A stretch of 47,925 nucleotides of DNA from contig QPMI01000105.1 in NCBI GenBank assembly GCA_004431415.1, positions 1 through 47,925 of the forward strand, read 5' to 3'. This document shows positions 23,439-36,386 of the stretch, in pieces. Both the position numbers and the translations under genes were made by a program. Below the pieces are notes generated by a model. It ran no database searches and was not told the origin of the DNA. It worked only from the letters and a program-made list of their open reading frames with translations. The DNA is from Cyanophora paradoxa CCMP329. Taxonomy: Eukaryota; Plantae; Glaucophyta. The first letter of the stretch is position 1; each line of letters begins with the position of its first letter.

Positions 23439-25734
23439 CCCAGGTTTCTGATCTGTGACAAAATAGAAGAGAGATGCACCCCCAATCTCCCTGGGGGAAT
23501 ATACACAAGGCGCTAGCCTTAGGCAGATGAACCCACCCACCAGCAAGTCACTCAGTCAAAGGCCCCAGGTTTCTGATCCACCACAAAATAGGAGAAAGAT
23601 GCACCCAAAATCTCTCTGGGGGAACATGCACAAGGCGCTAACCTTAGGAAGATGACCCACCCACCAGCAAGTCACTCAGACAGAGGGCCCAGGTTTCTGA
23701 TCCATGACAAAATAGAAGAAAGATGCACCCCAAATCTCTCTGGGGGAATATCCACAAGGCGCTAGACTTATGCAGATGGCCTACCCACCAGCAAATCACT
23801 CAGTCCAAGGCCCCAGGATTCTGATCTGTGACAAAATAGAAGAGAGATGCATCCCCAATCTCCCTGGGGGAATATGCACAAGGCGCTAGCCTTAGGAAGA
23901 TAAACCCACCCACCAGCAAGCCACTCAGTCAAAGGCCCCAGGTTTCCAATCCGCCACAAAATACAAGGATGCACCCCAAATCTCTCTGGGGGAACATGCA
24001 CAAGGTGTTAGCCTAAGGAAGATGACCCACCCACCAGCAAGTCACTCAGTCAGAGGCCCCAGGTTTCTGATCTGTGACAAAAAATAAGAAAGATGCACCA
24101 AAAATCTCTCTGGGGGTATGTGCGCAGGGCGCTAGCCTTGGAAAGATGACCCACCCACCAGCAAGCCACTCAGTCAAAGGCCCCAGGTTTCCAATCCCAC
24201 AAAATGGAAGAAAGATGCACCCCAAATCTCTCTGGGGGAATGTGTACAAGGCACCAGCAAGTCGCCAGAACATACAAGAAAGATGCACCCCAAATCTCTC
24301 TGGGGGAACATGCATAAGGCGCTAGCCTTACACAGATGGCCTACCCACCGGTTAATCACTCAGTCGAAGGCCCCAGGTTTCCGATCTGTGACAAAATAGA
24401 AGAAAGACACACCCTCAATCTCCCTGGCGGAATATGCACAAGGCGCTAGCTTTAGGCAGATGAACCCACCCACCAGCAAGTCACTCAGTGAAAAGGTTCA
24501 GGTTTCTGATCCGCCACAAAATAGATGAAAGACTCACCCCCCATCTCCCTGGGGAATATGCACAAGGCGCTAGCCTTAGGAAGATGAACCCACCCAAAAG
24601 CAAGCCACTCAGTCAAAGGCCCCAGGTTTCCAATTCACCACAAAATTGAAGACAAATGCACCTCAAATCTCTCTGGGGGAATATGTAGAAGGCACCAGCA
24701 AGTCGCCAGAAAATTCAAGAAAGATGCACCCCAAATCTCTCTGGGGGAACATGCACAAGGCGCTATCCTTACGCAGATGGCCTACCCACTGGTTAATCAC
24801 TCAGTCGAAGGCCCCAGGTTCAGGATCTGTGACAAAATAGAAGAGAGATGCATCCCCAATCTCCCTGGGGGAATATGCACAAGGCGCTAGCCTTAGGAAG
24901 ATGAACCCACCCACCAGCAAGCCACTCAGTCAAAGGCCCCAGGTTTCCAATCCGCCACAAAATAGAAGGATGCACCCCAAATCTCTCTGGGGGAACATGC
25001 ACAAGGTGTTAGCCTAAGGAAGATGACCCACCCACCAGCAAGTCACTCAGTCAGAGGCCCCAGGTTTCTGATCTGTGACAAAAAATAAGAAAGATGCACC
25101 AAAAATCTCTCTGGCGGTATGCCCCAGGTTTCCAATTCACCACAAAATTGAAGACAAATGCACCCCAAATCTCTCTGGGGGAATGTGTAGAAGGCACCAG
25201 CAAGTCGCCAGAAAATACAATAAAGATGCACCCCAAATCTCTCTGGGGGAACATGCACAAGGCGCTAGCCTTAGGCAGATGGCCTACCCACTGGTTAATC
25301 ACTCAGTCGAAGGCCCCAGGTTTCTGATCTGTGAAAAAATAGAAGAGAGATGCACCCCCAATCTCCCTGGGGGAATATGCACAAGGCGCTAGCCTTAGGA
25401 AGATGAACCCACCCACCAGCAAGCCACTCAGTCAAAGGCCCCAGGTTTCCAATCCGCCACAAAATAGAAGGATGCACCCCAAATCTCTCTGGGGGAACAT
25501 GCACAAGGTGTTAGCCTAAGGAAGATGACCCACCCACCAGCAAGTCACTCAGTCAGAGGCCCCAGGTTTCTGATCTGTGACAAAAAATAAGAAAGATGCA
25601 CCAAAAATCTCTCTGGCGGTATGCCCCAGGTTTCCAATTCACCACAAAATTGAAGACAAATGCACCCCAAATCTCTCTGGGGGAATGTGTAGAAGGCACC
25701 AGCAAGTCGCCAGAAAATACAAGAAAGATGCACC
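23439..25734 (+). repeat. S2 satellite array with 502-bp higher-order repeat
   Basis: ~124-bp monomers and deletion variants. Same ORFs at 25075/25577. Confidence 0.96.
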
Positions 25735-27835
25735 ACGTTTCAAGCTATTATGGAAAATATTTTTAATGACTATCTATGGATGTTTGTGCTGGTATTCATT
25801 GACGATCTTATTACTTTTTCGAAAACTTTTGATAACCATTGTCGTGACCTTCAGAAGACATTCAACCGTCTGCGTGAAAACAATGCGAAGTTGAAACCCA
25901 ACAAATGCCATTTCTTTAAAAAGCAATTAAAGTTCTTGGGTCATGTTATTGACAAAAATGGCAGACCGCAGACAGCCAATGTTATTGACAAAAATGGCAT
26001 GCTATCGAAAAAATTCCTATTCCAACAGATGCATCACAGCTCCGATCATTCCTCGATAATGTTGAGCGGTTTTCGATAATAACTTCAAACTTATATGACT
26101 TGACTCAGAAAGATGTTCCATTTGTCTGGACAGATGACCATACTCAAAGTTTCAAGACTCTCAAACAAGAGTTGGTTAAAGCTGTTGCCCTTCGTCATTG
26201 AAACAGATGCCTGCAAAAAAGGAGCATCTGGGATTCTATCCAAAAATGTTGATGGAGTTTTGAAACCAGTTTGCTTTTACAGCCAAAAGTGGAGAGGCTC
26301 AGAAAAGCAAATGCCTCCTACTGAAGCTGAATGTGCTGCTCTCGTGGAATTTGCTTGGTGCTCCCAAATCAACTGTTTACACTGATTGCGAGGCGTTGGA
26401 GTGGTTACTTAGTCGAAAAGCTGGAAAAGGGAAGCTTGCCAGATGGGCTGCGCTTATACAGCAATATGATATCGACATTCAGCACAGAAAAGGTACTTTA
26501 AATCGTGCTGATGGGTTTTCTCGAGTCCCAGTGGAACCTTCAACACACATTTATGCAGAAGACAAATATGAAATATTTAATATTGAGATCTCCTTATCAA
26601 ATGATGTAAAGCAGATTTATAATGAGCAAAGGAAAGATAAAGATCTGGCGAATATAATTGATGTATTAGAAGGAGTTGAGACTGTAAGTGACAAGCTCAA
26701 ACGGACAGCAAAGTTCTACAGTTTGAACAAAAATGGAATCCTATACTTTTCTCCACCTTCATTACGACCTCGGATTGTTGTTCCTACTTCTTTGCAACTG
26801 GATTTAATCAATGATGCACATGACAACCCTTTGGCTGGACACCGAGGTGTAGACAAAGTGTTGCATAATTTGAAGAAGAAATATTTTTGGGAATCCATGA
26901 ATAGTGATGTTAAGAAATATGTCGAGCAATGCCAGAAGTGTCAGTTTCGTAAACCTTTGACTGGACGTTCTCCAGCCCCTCAGCAGACTGTGCCTGCAAC
27001 ACGGCCTTTCGAAGTGATTGAGTTGGATTTTATCGGGCCTCTTCCCATTACATCTCGTGGAAATCGATTTGCATGTACAGCAATTTGTGTTTATTCCGGT
27101 TGTCCTGAAGCCAACGCCTATCCAACTATGTCAGCCAAAGCAGCAGCAAATCTACTGTATGAAGACATTGTCTGCCGTCATGGAGTGCCTCGAATGATTT
27201 ACACAGATCGAGGCGGTGCATTTGCAAGCCATGTCATCAAACACTTATGTCGTAAGCTTGCAACCAAGTCCGTTCTCAACACTGGTTATCGGCCCATGGC
27301 TACTGGAAAGGTTGAGCGTTTTAATCAATCCTTTAAAGATATCATCTACAACTATGTCAATGAGGATCGCAATGACTGGGACAAGTTCATTTCTCCTGCA
27401 TTGTTTGCAGTTCGAAGTCATGCAAACAAAAGCACTGGAATGTCTCCTTTCTTTGTGGTCCATGGACGAGATCCAGCGCTTCCTTACGATTTATCACTGT
27501 CCGAATTGGAGTCAGTGCCGAATTATTTAGAGCAAATGGTGGCAAACTTGAATTCAGCAACTGCTGCTGTTGATTCAATGTTTGACAAAAAGAAACAGCG
27601 GATTTCCGAGGAGAATCTAAAGGATGATTGGACAGAGTTCAAGACGACATGGTCCTTTTCGTGACTTTGGATCATCAGGATTGGAACCCTGTTTTTCTGG
27701 TCCCTACGCAGTGCTCAAGAGGACGTCGGCTGTGAACTATCTTCTTTGGGATCCAGACAAGCCCAAGTTTCCTTTTATAACACATGTGGATCGCATGTGG
27801 CCCTACGTGGCACCTCTCTTAAGTGGAGAGGGAGT
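25733..27835 (+). pseudogene. pol: 3' half of family C pol (RT C-half, RNase H, integrase, GPY), several frameshifts and deletions
   Basis: TFQAIM..FIDD, ETDACKKG, HDNPLAGH..CQKC, LDFIGP, TDRGGAF, VERFN, GPY. PPT GGAGAGGGAG precedes the LTR. Confidence 0.93.
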
Positions 27836-27968
27836 TGATAGGGTAGCAGGGGAATCAGAGGCTTAGAGGGGGCAGGGCGGAAGCTGTTCGGGTGTGTTGT
27901 GGGGATCTGGTGTGTTTGGAGTGTGTGTGGTTGTGTTGATATATGCGTCTTGTGCTGTTAGCGTGTTA
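27836..27968 (+). repeat. 3' LTR of element C
   Basis: Follows the PPT; flanked by TGGG and S2 satellite. Confidence 0.93.
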
Positions 27969-28093
27969 TGGGGCCTTCGACTGAGTGATTAACCAGTGGG
28001 TAGGCCATCTGCGTAAGGATAGCACCTTGTGCATGTTCCCCGCCGTGAGAAACGAGAGAAAAACGCCGTGCCAGCGAGAGAAAAACTCGATGC

Positions 28094-29022
28094 TCAAGAA
28101 GGATCTGCACTCGTCTTGTTGGACCAGATCTAGGAAAAGACTGCTGCCGGCGTATATCCTCCGCTCGCTGAGGACAGAAACGTTGAATGTGCCCCTGTTT
28201 CTTGCAGTAATAACAATTTGGAGGACGATAGGCATTGGAGTCCAAATTTGGAAGCCGAGAACCCATTTGGGCAGCACTAGAAACATCAATTGGAGGTGAG
28301 AAGTTCAGTCCCCCAGTGTTCAGTCTATGACGTTCTGCATCATCAACCCGTACCATGAAATCCGAAAGTTGCATAATTGGCAGATGATTGAAATGAGTGT
28401 AAGCAGGTTTAATCTTCTGATTCAAATGTTCCATTATACGATCGACTAAATTGCGCTCTTCTTCTCCGGGATAGGCAAGCTTGGCCAATTTCAAGGACTC
28501 TGCCAAGAAGCTATGAATGTCGCAGTGGACCCCTGTGGAGTCCCGCTTATTTGGCGAAAGCGCATCGAACACTTTGCGCACTTCAATTTTAGAAGGGCAG
28601 CAATTTTGTTTAATGTCATGCAGTACTGTGGTTATGAAGTTCGCGGGTAAGGGATTAGGTTTCACATAATTTCGAAGGTAGGCGCGTGCTTTCCCAGTAC
28701 TAGAAAGGAATAGAATGGTGAATTTTTCGGAAACACTTAGTGTCGAGTCGCGCGCATATGCGATTTCTAACTCCTTTTCAAAATCGTCAACAGAATAGTA
28801 TTTTTCGTCGCGGTGAAATTCCGCAGAAAATTTTTGAACCTCTTGAGCTAACTTATTGATATGACCCGTGCGCGCGGCATCAGCACCGCCGTTATCACCC
28901 ATTTCAAGGTTGTCTATGATAACCTCAAAATCGTCGTTGTCAACGTCGTCGTCTTCAACTCGCTGCAGGCGCCCGTCAGAACGCCTTTGCCAACTCAGTT
29001 TGATAGCTACCGATGCTACCAA
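28094..29022 (-). pseudogene. gag: gag C, duplicate truncated near the C-terminus
   Basis: Identical to the 22300-23304 protein up to RRVQILL. Confidence 0.9.
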
Positions 29023-29024
29023 GT

Positions 29025-29157
29025 TAACACGCTAACAGCACAAGACGCATATATCAACACAACCACACACACTCCAAACACACCAGATCCCCACAACACA
29101 CCCGAACAGCTTCCGCCCTGCCCCCTCTAAGCCTCTGATTCCCCTGCTACCCTATCA
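29025..29157 (-). repeat. LTR C (duplicate 5' LTR)
   Basis: Reverse complement of 27836-27968. Confidence 0.92.
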
Positions 29158-31453
29158 CCCAGGTTTCTGATCTGTGACAAAATAGAAGAGAGATGCACCC
29201 CCAATCTCCCTGGGGGAATATACACAAGGCGCTAGCCTTAGGCAGATGAACCCACCCACCAGCAAGTCACTCAGTCAAAGGCCCCAGGTTTCTGATCCAC
29301 CACAAAATAGGAGAAAGATGCACCCAAAATCTCTCTGGGGGAACATGCACAAGGCGCTAACCTTAGGAAGATGACCCACCCACCAGCAAGTCACTCAGAC
29401 AGAGGGCCCAGGTTTCTGATCCATGACAAAATAGAAGAAAGATGCACCCCAAATCTCTCTGGGGGAATATCCACAAGGCGCTAGACTTATGCAGATGGCC
29501 TACCCACCAGCAAATCACTCAGTCCAAGGCCCCAGGATTCTGATCTGTGACAAAATAGAAGAGAGATGCATCCCCAATCTCCCTGGGGGAATATGCACAA
29601 GGCGCTAGCCTTAGGAAGATAAACCCACCCACCAGCAAGCCACTCAGTCAAAGGCCCCAGGTTTCCAATCCGCCACAAAATACAAGGATGCACCCCAAAT
29701 CTCTCTGGGGGAACATGCACAAGGTGTTAGCCTAAGGAAGATGACCCACCCACCAGCAAGTCACTCAGTCAGAGGCCCCAGGTTTCTGATCTGTGACAAA
29801 AAATAAGAAAGATGCACCAAAACTCTCTCTGGGGGTATGTGCGCAGGGCGCTAGCCTTGGAAAGATGACCCACCCACCAGCAAGCCACTCAGTCAAAGGC
29901 CCCAGGTTTCCAATCCCACAAAATGGAAGAAAGATGCACCCCAAATCTCTCTGGGGGAATGTGTACAAGGCACCAGCAAGTCGCCAGAACATACAAGAAA
30001 GATGCACCCCAAATCTCTCTGGGGGAACATGCATAAGGCGCTAGCCTTACACAGATGGCCTACCCACCGGTTAATCACTCAGTCGAAGGCCCCAGGTTTC
30101 CGATCTGTGACAAAATAGAAGAAAGACACACCCTCAATCTCCCTGGCGGAATATGCACAAGGCGCTAGCTTTAGGCAGATGAACCCACCCACCAGCAAGT
30201 CACTCAGTGAAAAGGTTCAGGTTTCTGATCCGCCACAAAATAGATGAAAGACTCACCCCCCATCTCCCTGGGGGAATATGCACAAGGCGCTAGCCTTAGG
30301 AAGATGAACCCACCCAAAAGCAAGCCACTCAGTCAAAGGCCCCAGGTTTCCAATTCACCACAAAATTGAAGACAAATGCACCTCAAATCTCTCTGGGGGA
30401 ATATGTAGAAGGCACCAGCAAGTCGCCAGAAAATTCAAGAAAGATGCACCCCAAATCTCTCTGGGGGAACATGCACAAGGCGCTATCCTTACGCAGATGG
30501 CCTACCCACTGGTTAATCACTCAGTCGAAGGCCCCAGGTTCAGGATCTGTGACAAAATAGAAGAGAGATGCATCCCCAATCTCCCTGGGGGAATATGCAC
30601 AAGGCGCTAGCCTTAGGAAGATGAACCCACCCACCAGCAAGCCACTCAGTCAAAGGCCCCAGGTTTCCAATCCGCCACAAAATAGAAGGATGCACCCCAA
30701 ATCTCTCTGGGGAACATGCACAAGGTGTTAGCCTAAGGAAGATGACCCACCCACCAGCAAGTCACTCAGTCAGAGGCCCCAGGTTTCTGATCTGTGACAA
30801 AAAATAAGAAAGATGCACCAAAAATCTCTCTGGCGGTATGCCCCAGGTTTCCAATTCACCACAAAATTGAAGACAAATGCACCCCAAATCTCTCTGGGGG
30901 AATGTGTAGAAGGCACCAGCAAGTCGCCAGAAAATACAATAAAGATGCACCCCAAATCTCTCTGGGGGAACATGCACAAGGCGCTAGCCTTAGGCAGATG
31001 GCCTACCCACTGGTTAATCACTCAGTCGAAGGCCCCAGGTTTCTGATCTGTGAAAAAATAGAAGAGAGATGCACCCCCAATCTCCCTGGGGGAATATGCA
31101 CAAGGCGCTAGCCTTAGGAAGATGAACCCACCCACCAGCAAGCCACTCAGTCAAAGGCCCCAGGTTTCCAATCCGCCACAAAATAGAAGGATGCACCCCA
31201 AATCTCTCTGGGGGAACATGCACAAGGTGTTAGCCTAAGGAAGATGACCCACCCACCAGCAAGTCACTCAGTCAGAGGCCCCAGGTTTCTGATCTGTGAC
31301 AAAAAATAAGAAAGATGCACCAAAAATCTCTCTGGCGGTATGCCCCAGGTTTCCAATTCACCACAAAATTGAAGACAAATGCACCCCAAATCTCTCTGGG
31401 GGAATGTGTAGAAGGCACCAGCAAGTCGCCAGAAAATACAAGAAAGATGCACC
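29158..31453 (+). repeat. S2 satellite array (duplicate)
   Basis: Copy of 23439-25734. Confidence 0.95.
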
Positions 31454-33553
31454 ACGTTTCAAGCTATTATGGAAATATTTTTAATGACTATCTATGGATG
31501 TTTGTGCTGGTATTCATTGACGATCTTATTACTTTTTCGAAAACTTTTGATAACCATTGTCGTGACCTTCAGAAGACATTCAACCGTCTGCGTGAAAACA
31601 ATGCGAAGTTGAAACCCAACAAATGCCATTTCTTTAAAAAGCAATTAAAGTTCTTGGGTCATGTTATTGACAAAAATGGCAGACCGCAGACAGCCAATGT
31701 TATTGACAAAAATGGCATGCTATCGAAAAAATTCCTATTCCAACAGATGCATCACAGCTCCGATCATTCCTCGATAATGTTGAGCGGTTTTCGATAATAA
31801 CTTCAAACTTATATGACTTGACTCAGAAAGATGTTCCATTTGTCTGGACAGATGACCATACTCAAAGTTTCAAGACTCTCAAACAAGAGTTGGTTAAAGC
31901 TGTTGCCCTTCGTCATTGAAACAGATGCCTGCAAAAAAGGAGCATCTGGGATTCTATCCAAAAATGTTGATGGAGTTTTGAAACCAGTTTGCTTTTACAG
32001 CCAAAAGTGGAGAGGCTCAGAAAAGCAAATGCCTCCTACTGAAGCTGAATGTGCTGCTCTCGTGGAATTTGCTTGGTGCTCCCAAATCAACTGTTTACAC
32101 TGATTGCGAGGCGTTGGAGTGGTTACTTAGTCGAAAAGCTGGAAAAGGGAAGCTTGCCAGATGGGCTGCGCTTATACAGCAATATGATATCGACATTCAG
32201 CACAGAAAAGGTACTTTAAATCGTGCTGATGGGTTTTCTCGAGTCCCAGTGGAACCTTCAACACACATTTATGCAGAAGACAAATATGAAATATTTAATA
32301 TTGAGATCTCCTTATCAAATGATGTAAAGCAGATTTATAATGAGCAAAGGAAAGATAAAGATCTGGCGAATATAATTGATGTATTAGAAGGAGTTGAGAC
32401 TGTAAGTGACAAGCTCAAACGGACAGCAAAGTTCTACAGTTTGAACAAAAATGGAATCCTATACTTTTCTCCACCTTCATTACGACCTCGGATTGTTGTT
32501 CCTACTTCTTTGCAACTGGATTTAATCAATGATGCACATGACAACCCTTTGGCTGGACACCGAGGTGTAGACAAAGTGTTGCATAATTTGAAGAAGAAAT
32601 ATTTTTGGGAATCCATGAATAGTGATGTTAAGAAATATGTCGAGCAATGCCAGAAGTGTCAGTTTCGTAAACCTTTGACTGGACGTTCTCCAGCCCCTCA
32701 GCAGACTGTGCCTGCAACACGGCCTTTCGAAGTGATTGAGTTGGATTTTATCGGGCCTCTTCCCATTACATCTCGTGGAAATCGATTTGCATGTACAGCA
32801 ATTTGTGTTTATTCCGGTTGTCCTGAAGCCAACGCCTATCCAACTATGTCAGCCAAAGCAGCAGCAAATCTACTGTATGAAGACATTGTCTGCCGTCATG
32901 GAGTGCCTCGAATGATTTACACAGATCGAGGCGGTGCATTTGCAAGCCATGTCATCAAACACTTATGTCGTAAGCTTGCAACCAAGTCCGTTCTCAACAC
33001 TGGTTATCGGCCCATGGCTACTGGAAAGGTTGAGCGTTTTAATCAATCCTTTAAAGATATCATCTACAACTATGTCAATGAGGATCGCAATGACTGGGAC
33101 AAGTTCATTTCTCCTGCATTGTTTGCAGTTCGAAGTCATGCAAACAAAAGCACTGGAATGTCTCCTTTCTTTGTGGTCCATGGACGAGATCCAGCGCTTC
33201 CTTACGATTTATCACTGTCCGAATTGGAGTCAGTGCCGAATTATTTAGAGCAAATGGTGGCAAACTTGAATTCAGCAACTGCTGCTGTTGATTCAATGTT
33301 TGACAAAAAGAAACAGCGGATTTCCGAGGAGAATCTAAAGGATGATTGGACAGAGTTCAAGACGACATGGTCCTTTTCGTGACTTTGGATCATCAGGATT
33401 GGAACCCTGTTTTTCTGGTCCCTACGCAGTGCTCAAGAGGACGTCGGCTGTGAACTATCTTCTTTGGGATCCAGACAAGCCCAAGTTTCCTTTTATAACA
33501 CATGTGGATCGCATGTGGCCCTACGTGGCACCTCTCTTAAGTGGAGAGGGAGT
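31452..33553 (+). pseudogene. pol: Family C pol 3' half (duplicate)
   Basis: ORF 32051-33382 is identical to 26333-27664. Confidence 0.93.
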
Positions 33554-33686
33554 TGATAGGGTAGCAGGGGAATCAGAGGCTTAGAGGGGGCAGGGCGGAA
33601 GCTGTTCGGGTGTGTTGTGGGGATCTGGTGTGTTTGGAGTGTGTGTGGTTGTGTTGATATATGCGTCTTGTGCTGTTAGCGTGTTA
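33554..33686 (+). repeat. LTR C (duplicate 3' LTR)
   Basis: Same as 27836-27968. Confidence 0.92.
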
Positions 33687-34248
33687 TGGGGCCTTCGACT
33701 GAGTGATTAACCAGTGGGTAGGCCATCTGCGTAAGGATAGCACCTTGTGCATGTTCCCCCAGAGAGATTTGGGGTGCATCTTTCTTGTATTTTCTGGCGA
33801 CTTGCTTGTGCCTTCTACACATTCCCCCAGAGAGATTTGGGGTGCATTTGTCTTCAATTTTGTGGTGAATTGGAAACCTGGGGCCTTTGACTGAGTGACT
33901 TGCTGGTGGGTGGGTCATCTTCCCAAGGCTAGCGCCTTGCGCACATACCCCCAGAGAGATTTTTGGTGCATCTTTCGTATTTTTTGTCACAGATCAGAAA
34001 CCTGGGGCCTTTGACTGAGTGACTTGCTGGTGGGTGGGTCATCTCCCTTAGGCTAACACCTTGTGCATGTTCCCCCAGAGAGATTTGGGGTGCATCTTTC
34101 TTCTATTATGTGGCGGATCGGAAACCTGGGGCCTTCAACTGAGTGACTTGCTGGTGGGTGGGTCATCTTCCTAAGGCTAGCGCCTTGTGCATATTCCCCC
34201 AAGGAGATTGAGGGTGCGTCTTTGTTCTATTTGTTTTTGGAAACCTGA
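33687..34248 (-). repeat. S2 satellite
   Basis: Reverse monomers. Confidence 0.94.
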
Positions 34249-34249
34249 A

Positions 34250-35044
34250 CGCTAGCCTTAGGCTGGTGCACCCTGCCCAGCAGAGTGGGAGCCCCCCCAG
34301 TGTTTGGGGACTTGAATGTTTCCCTGGTTCACTCCCTGTAAGCGCTGGTCAGTTTGAATTCCCGTCGGGCCCACAAAAGCAAGGTCAGGTGCACACAAAA
34401 ACTTTCCAGGGGGAACATGCACAAGGCGCTAGCCTAAGGCAGGTGCACCCTGCCCAGAAGAGGCCCTCTAAGAGGCTCTGTCCTTCCAAGTGGGACCTCC
34501 ACCGAGTGTTTGGGGGCTTGAATGTTTCCTGGGTTCACTCCCTCTTAGCGCTGGTCAGTTTGAATTCCCGTTGGGCCCACAACAGGAAGGTCAGGTGCAC
34601 ACAAAACCTTTCCAGGGGGAGCATGCACAAGGCGCTAGCCTTAGGCTGGTGCACCCTCCCCAGCAAAGGCCCTCTAAGAGGCTCTGCCAATCCAAGTGGG
34701 ACCCCCACCAAGTGTTTGGGGACTTGAATGTTTCCTGGGTTCAATCCCTGTTAGCGCTGGTCAGTTTGAATTCCCGTCGGGCCCACAAAAGCGAGGTCAG
34801 GTGCACACAAAAACTTTCCAGGGGGAACATGCACAAGGCGCTGCCTTAGGCAGGTGCACCCTGTCCAGCAGAGGCCCTGTACGAGGCTCTGCCCTTCCAA
34901 GTGGGATCCCCCCGATTGTTTGGGGACTTGAATGTTTCCTGGGTTCACTCCTTCTTAGCGCTGGTCAGTTTGAATTCCCGTCGGGCCCACAAAAGCAAGG
35001 TCAGGTGGACACAAAAACATTCCAGGGGGAACATGCACAGGGCG
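34250..35044 (+). repeat. S1 satellite
   Basis: About 4 monomers, beginning and ending at the core hairpin. Confidence 0.95.
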
Positions 35045-35081
35045 GGCTGAGATTCAATGAGATTCTTCAATGGCAATTCAA

Positions 35082-36257
35082 TCACTGCGGATGTACTTTT
35101 TGCTCGGAGATAGAGTCAACTAAAGTTATCGTGTTCAGATTTTCCTGTGCGATTTCTTCTTGCAAGTCCGTCGTGTCTAAGAAATTGCGAATGTTAATAC
35201 CGTCAACTGGTCCCTGGTACTTCTTCTGTATATCTTCGAGGTCAGCTTTTACCATAATTTCAGCTAGATCATCGAGAGAAGTTGCTGATTTCCAACCGAG
35301 CAATGTATTCGCCTTCTGGCAATCCCCCAGCAAAAATTCAACCTCAGCAGGTCTGAAAAAATCCGGTGAAACTTTTACTACCTCCTTCCCAGTGCTTATG
35401 TCAATTCCAACTTCGTCAATACCACTTCCTTTCCAAAGTATATCAATACCAGCATGCTTGAATGCCAGTGCTGCAAAATCCCTCACAGATGCAGATCTTC
35501 CAGTTGCAAGCACGAAATCATCGGCCTCTTTGTGTTGGAGAATCATCCACATGCCATGAACGTAATCTTTAGTGTAGCCCCAGTCACGTTTAGCATTCAA
35601 ATTTCCGAGAGTTATGTGCTCTTGAAGGCCCAGTTTGATTCTCGCCACAGCCCTCGAGATTTTTCTGGTAACAAAGTGAGTGCCTCGCCGAGGACTTTCA
35701 TGATTGAAAAGAATGCCGTTGGAGGCGAACATGCCGTATGCCTCCCGGTAATTAACGACAGTCCAGTATGCAAATACTTTCGCGCATCCGTAAGGGGATC
35801 GAGGATGAAAAGGTGTTGTTTCGGATTGTGGAACTTCGCGCACTTTACCATACATTTCTGATGTTGAGGCTTGGTAGAATTTCACACCGGGCCTGCGCTG
35901 TCTTATCACTTCCAAGATGTTTTGTACTGCGGTGCCGTTTGCAGCAGTTGTATATTGAGGATTGTCAAACGAGACTTTCACGTCACTCATTGCCGCAAGA
36001 TTGTAGAACTCATCGGGCATACAAAGAGTAATGATTCTCTCGATGCTGGTTACGTCGAGGAGATCACCGTAATGAAGATGTAAACGACGGCCGAGGAGAA
36101 CCGGGGTCAGAAGATGTTTGATACGCGAACCGTGCATGTCACTCGAATGCCTGACAATTCCGTGTACAATGTAGTCCTTCTCAAGCAGTAGCTCAGCCAA
36201 ATAGCTTCCATCTTGCCCAGTGATACCTGTGATGACTGCAACTTTCCGATGGGCCAT
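35082..36257 (-). CDS. gmd: GDP-mannose 4,6-dehydratase
   Basis: ITGITGQDGSYLAELLL, YQASTSEMYG, PRSPYGCAK (YxxxK), NGILFNHESPRRG, LGNLNAKRDWG, RPAEV. Intact, intronless, with a ~45-aa C-terminal extension. Confidence 0.97.
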   Translation of the reverse strand: MAHRKVAVITGITGQDGSYLAELLLEKDYIVHGIVRHSSDMHGSRIKHLLTPVLLGRRLHLHYGDLLDVTSIERIITLCMPDEFYNLAAMSDVKVSFDNPQYTTAANGTAVQNILEVIRQRRPGVKFYQASTSEMYGKVREVPQSETTPFHPRSPYGCAKVFAYWTVVNYREAYGMFASNGILFNHESPRRGTHFVTRKISRAVARIKLGLQEHITLGNLNAKRDWGYTKDYVHGMWMILQHKEADDFVLATGRSASVRDFAALAFKHAGIDILWKGSGIDEVGIDISTGKEVVKVSPDFFRPAEVEFLLGDCQKANTLLGWKSATSLDDLAEIMVKADLEDIQKKYQGPVDGINIRNFLDTTDLQEEIAQENLNTITLVDSISEQKVHPQ

Positions 36258-36386
36258 TGTTGAATCAGTTTTGCCAATCAGTCTGGGTTACGCCGCAAGT
36301 GTAAAAGTCAGGAACGCCCCGAATGCGCCCAGCAGAGCGGCTTTTTTCTGGCTTCACGTGGCCCTGTTCAAATCGTGCCCTATCAT

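Larger units (their letters stand above)
28094..33758. repeat. Tandem segmental duplicate of 22376-28040 (period ~5718 bp)
   Basis: ORF offsets of 5718-5720. Contains truncated gag C, LTRs, an S2 array and the pol 3' half. Confidence 0.97.

Noticed and set aside
10316-36257. Bacterial operon/contaminant or giant-virus genome
   Set aside because: The genes are isolated among satellites and LTR elements, GT17 has Golgi-type topology, and no viral core genes are seen. Horizontal origin of individual genes remains open.
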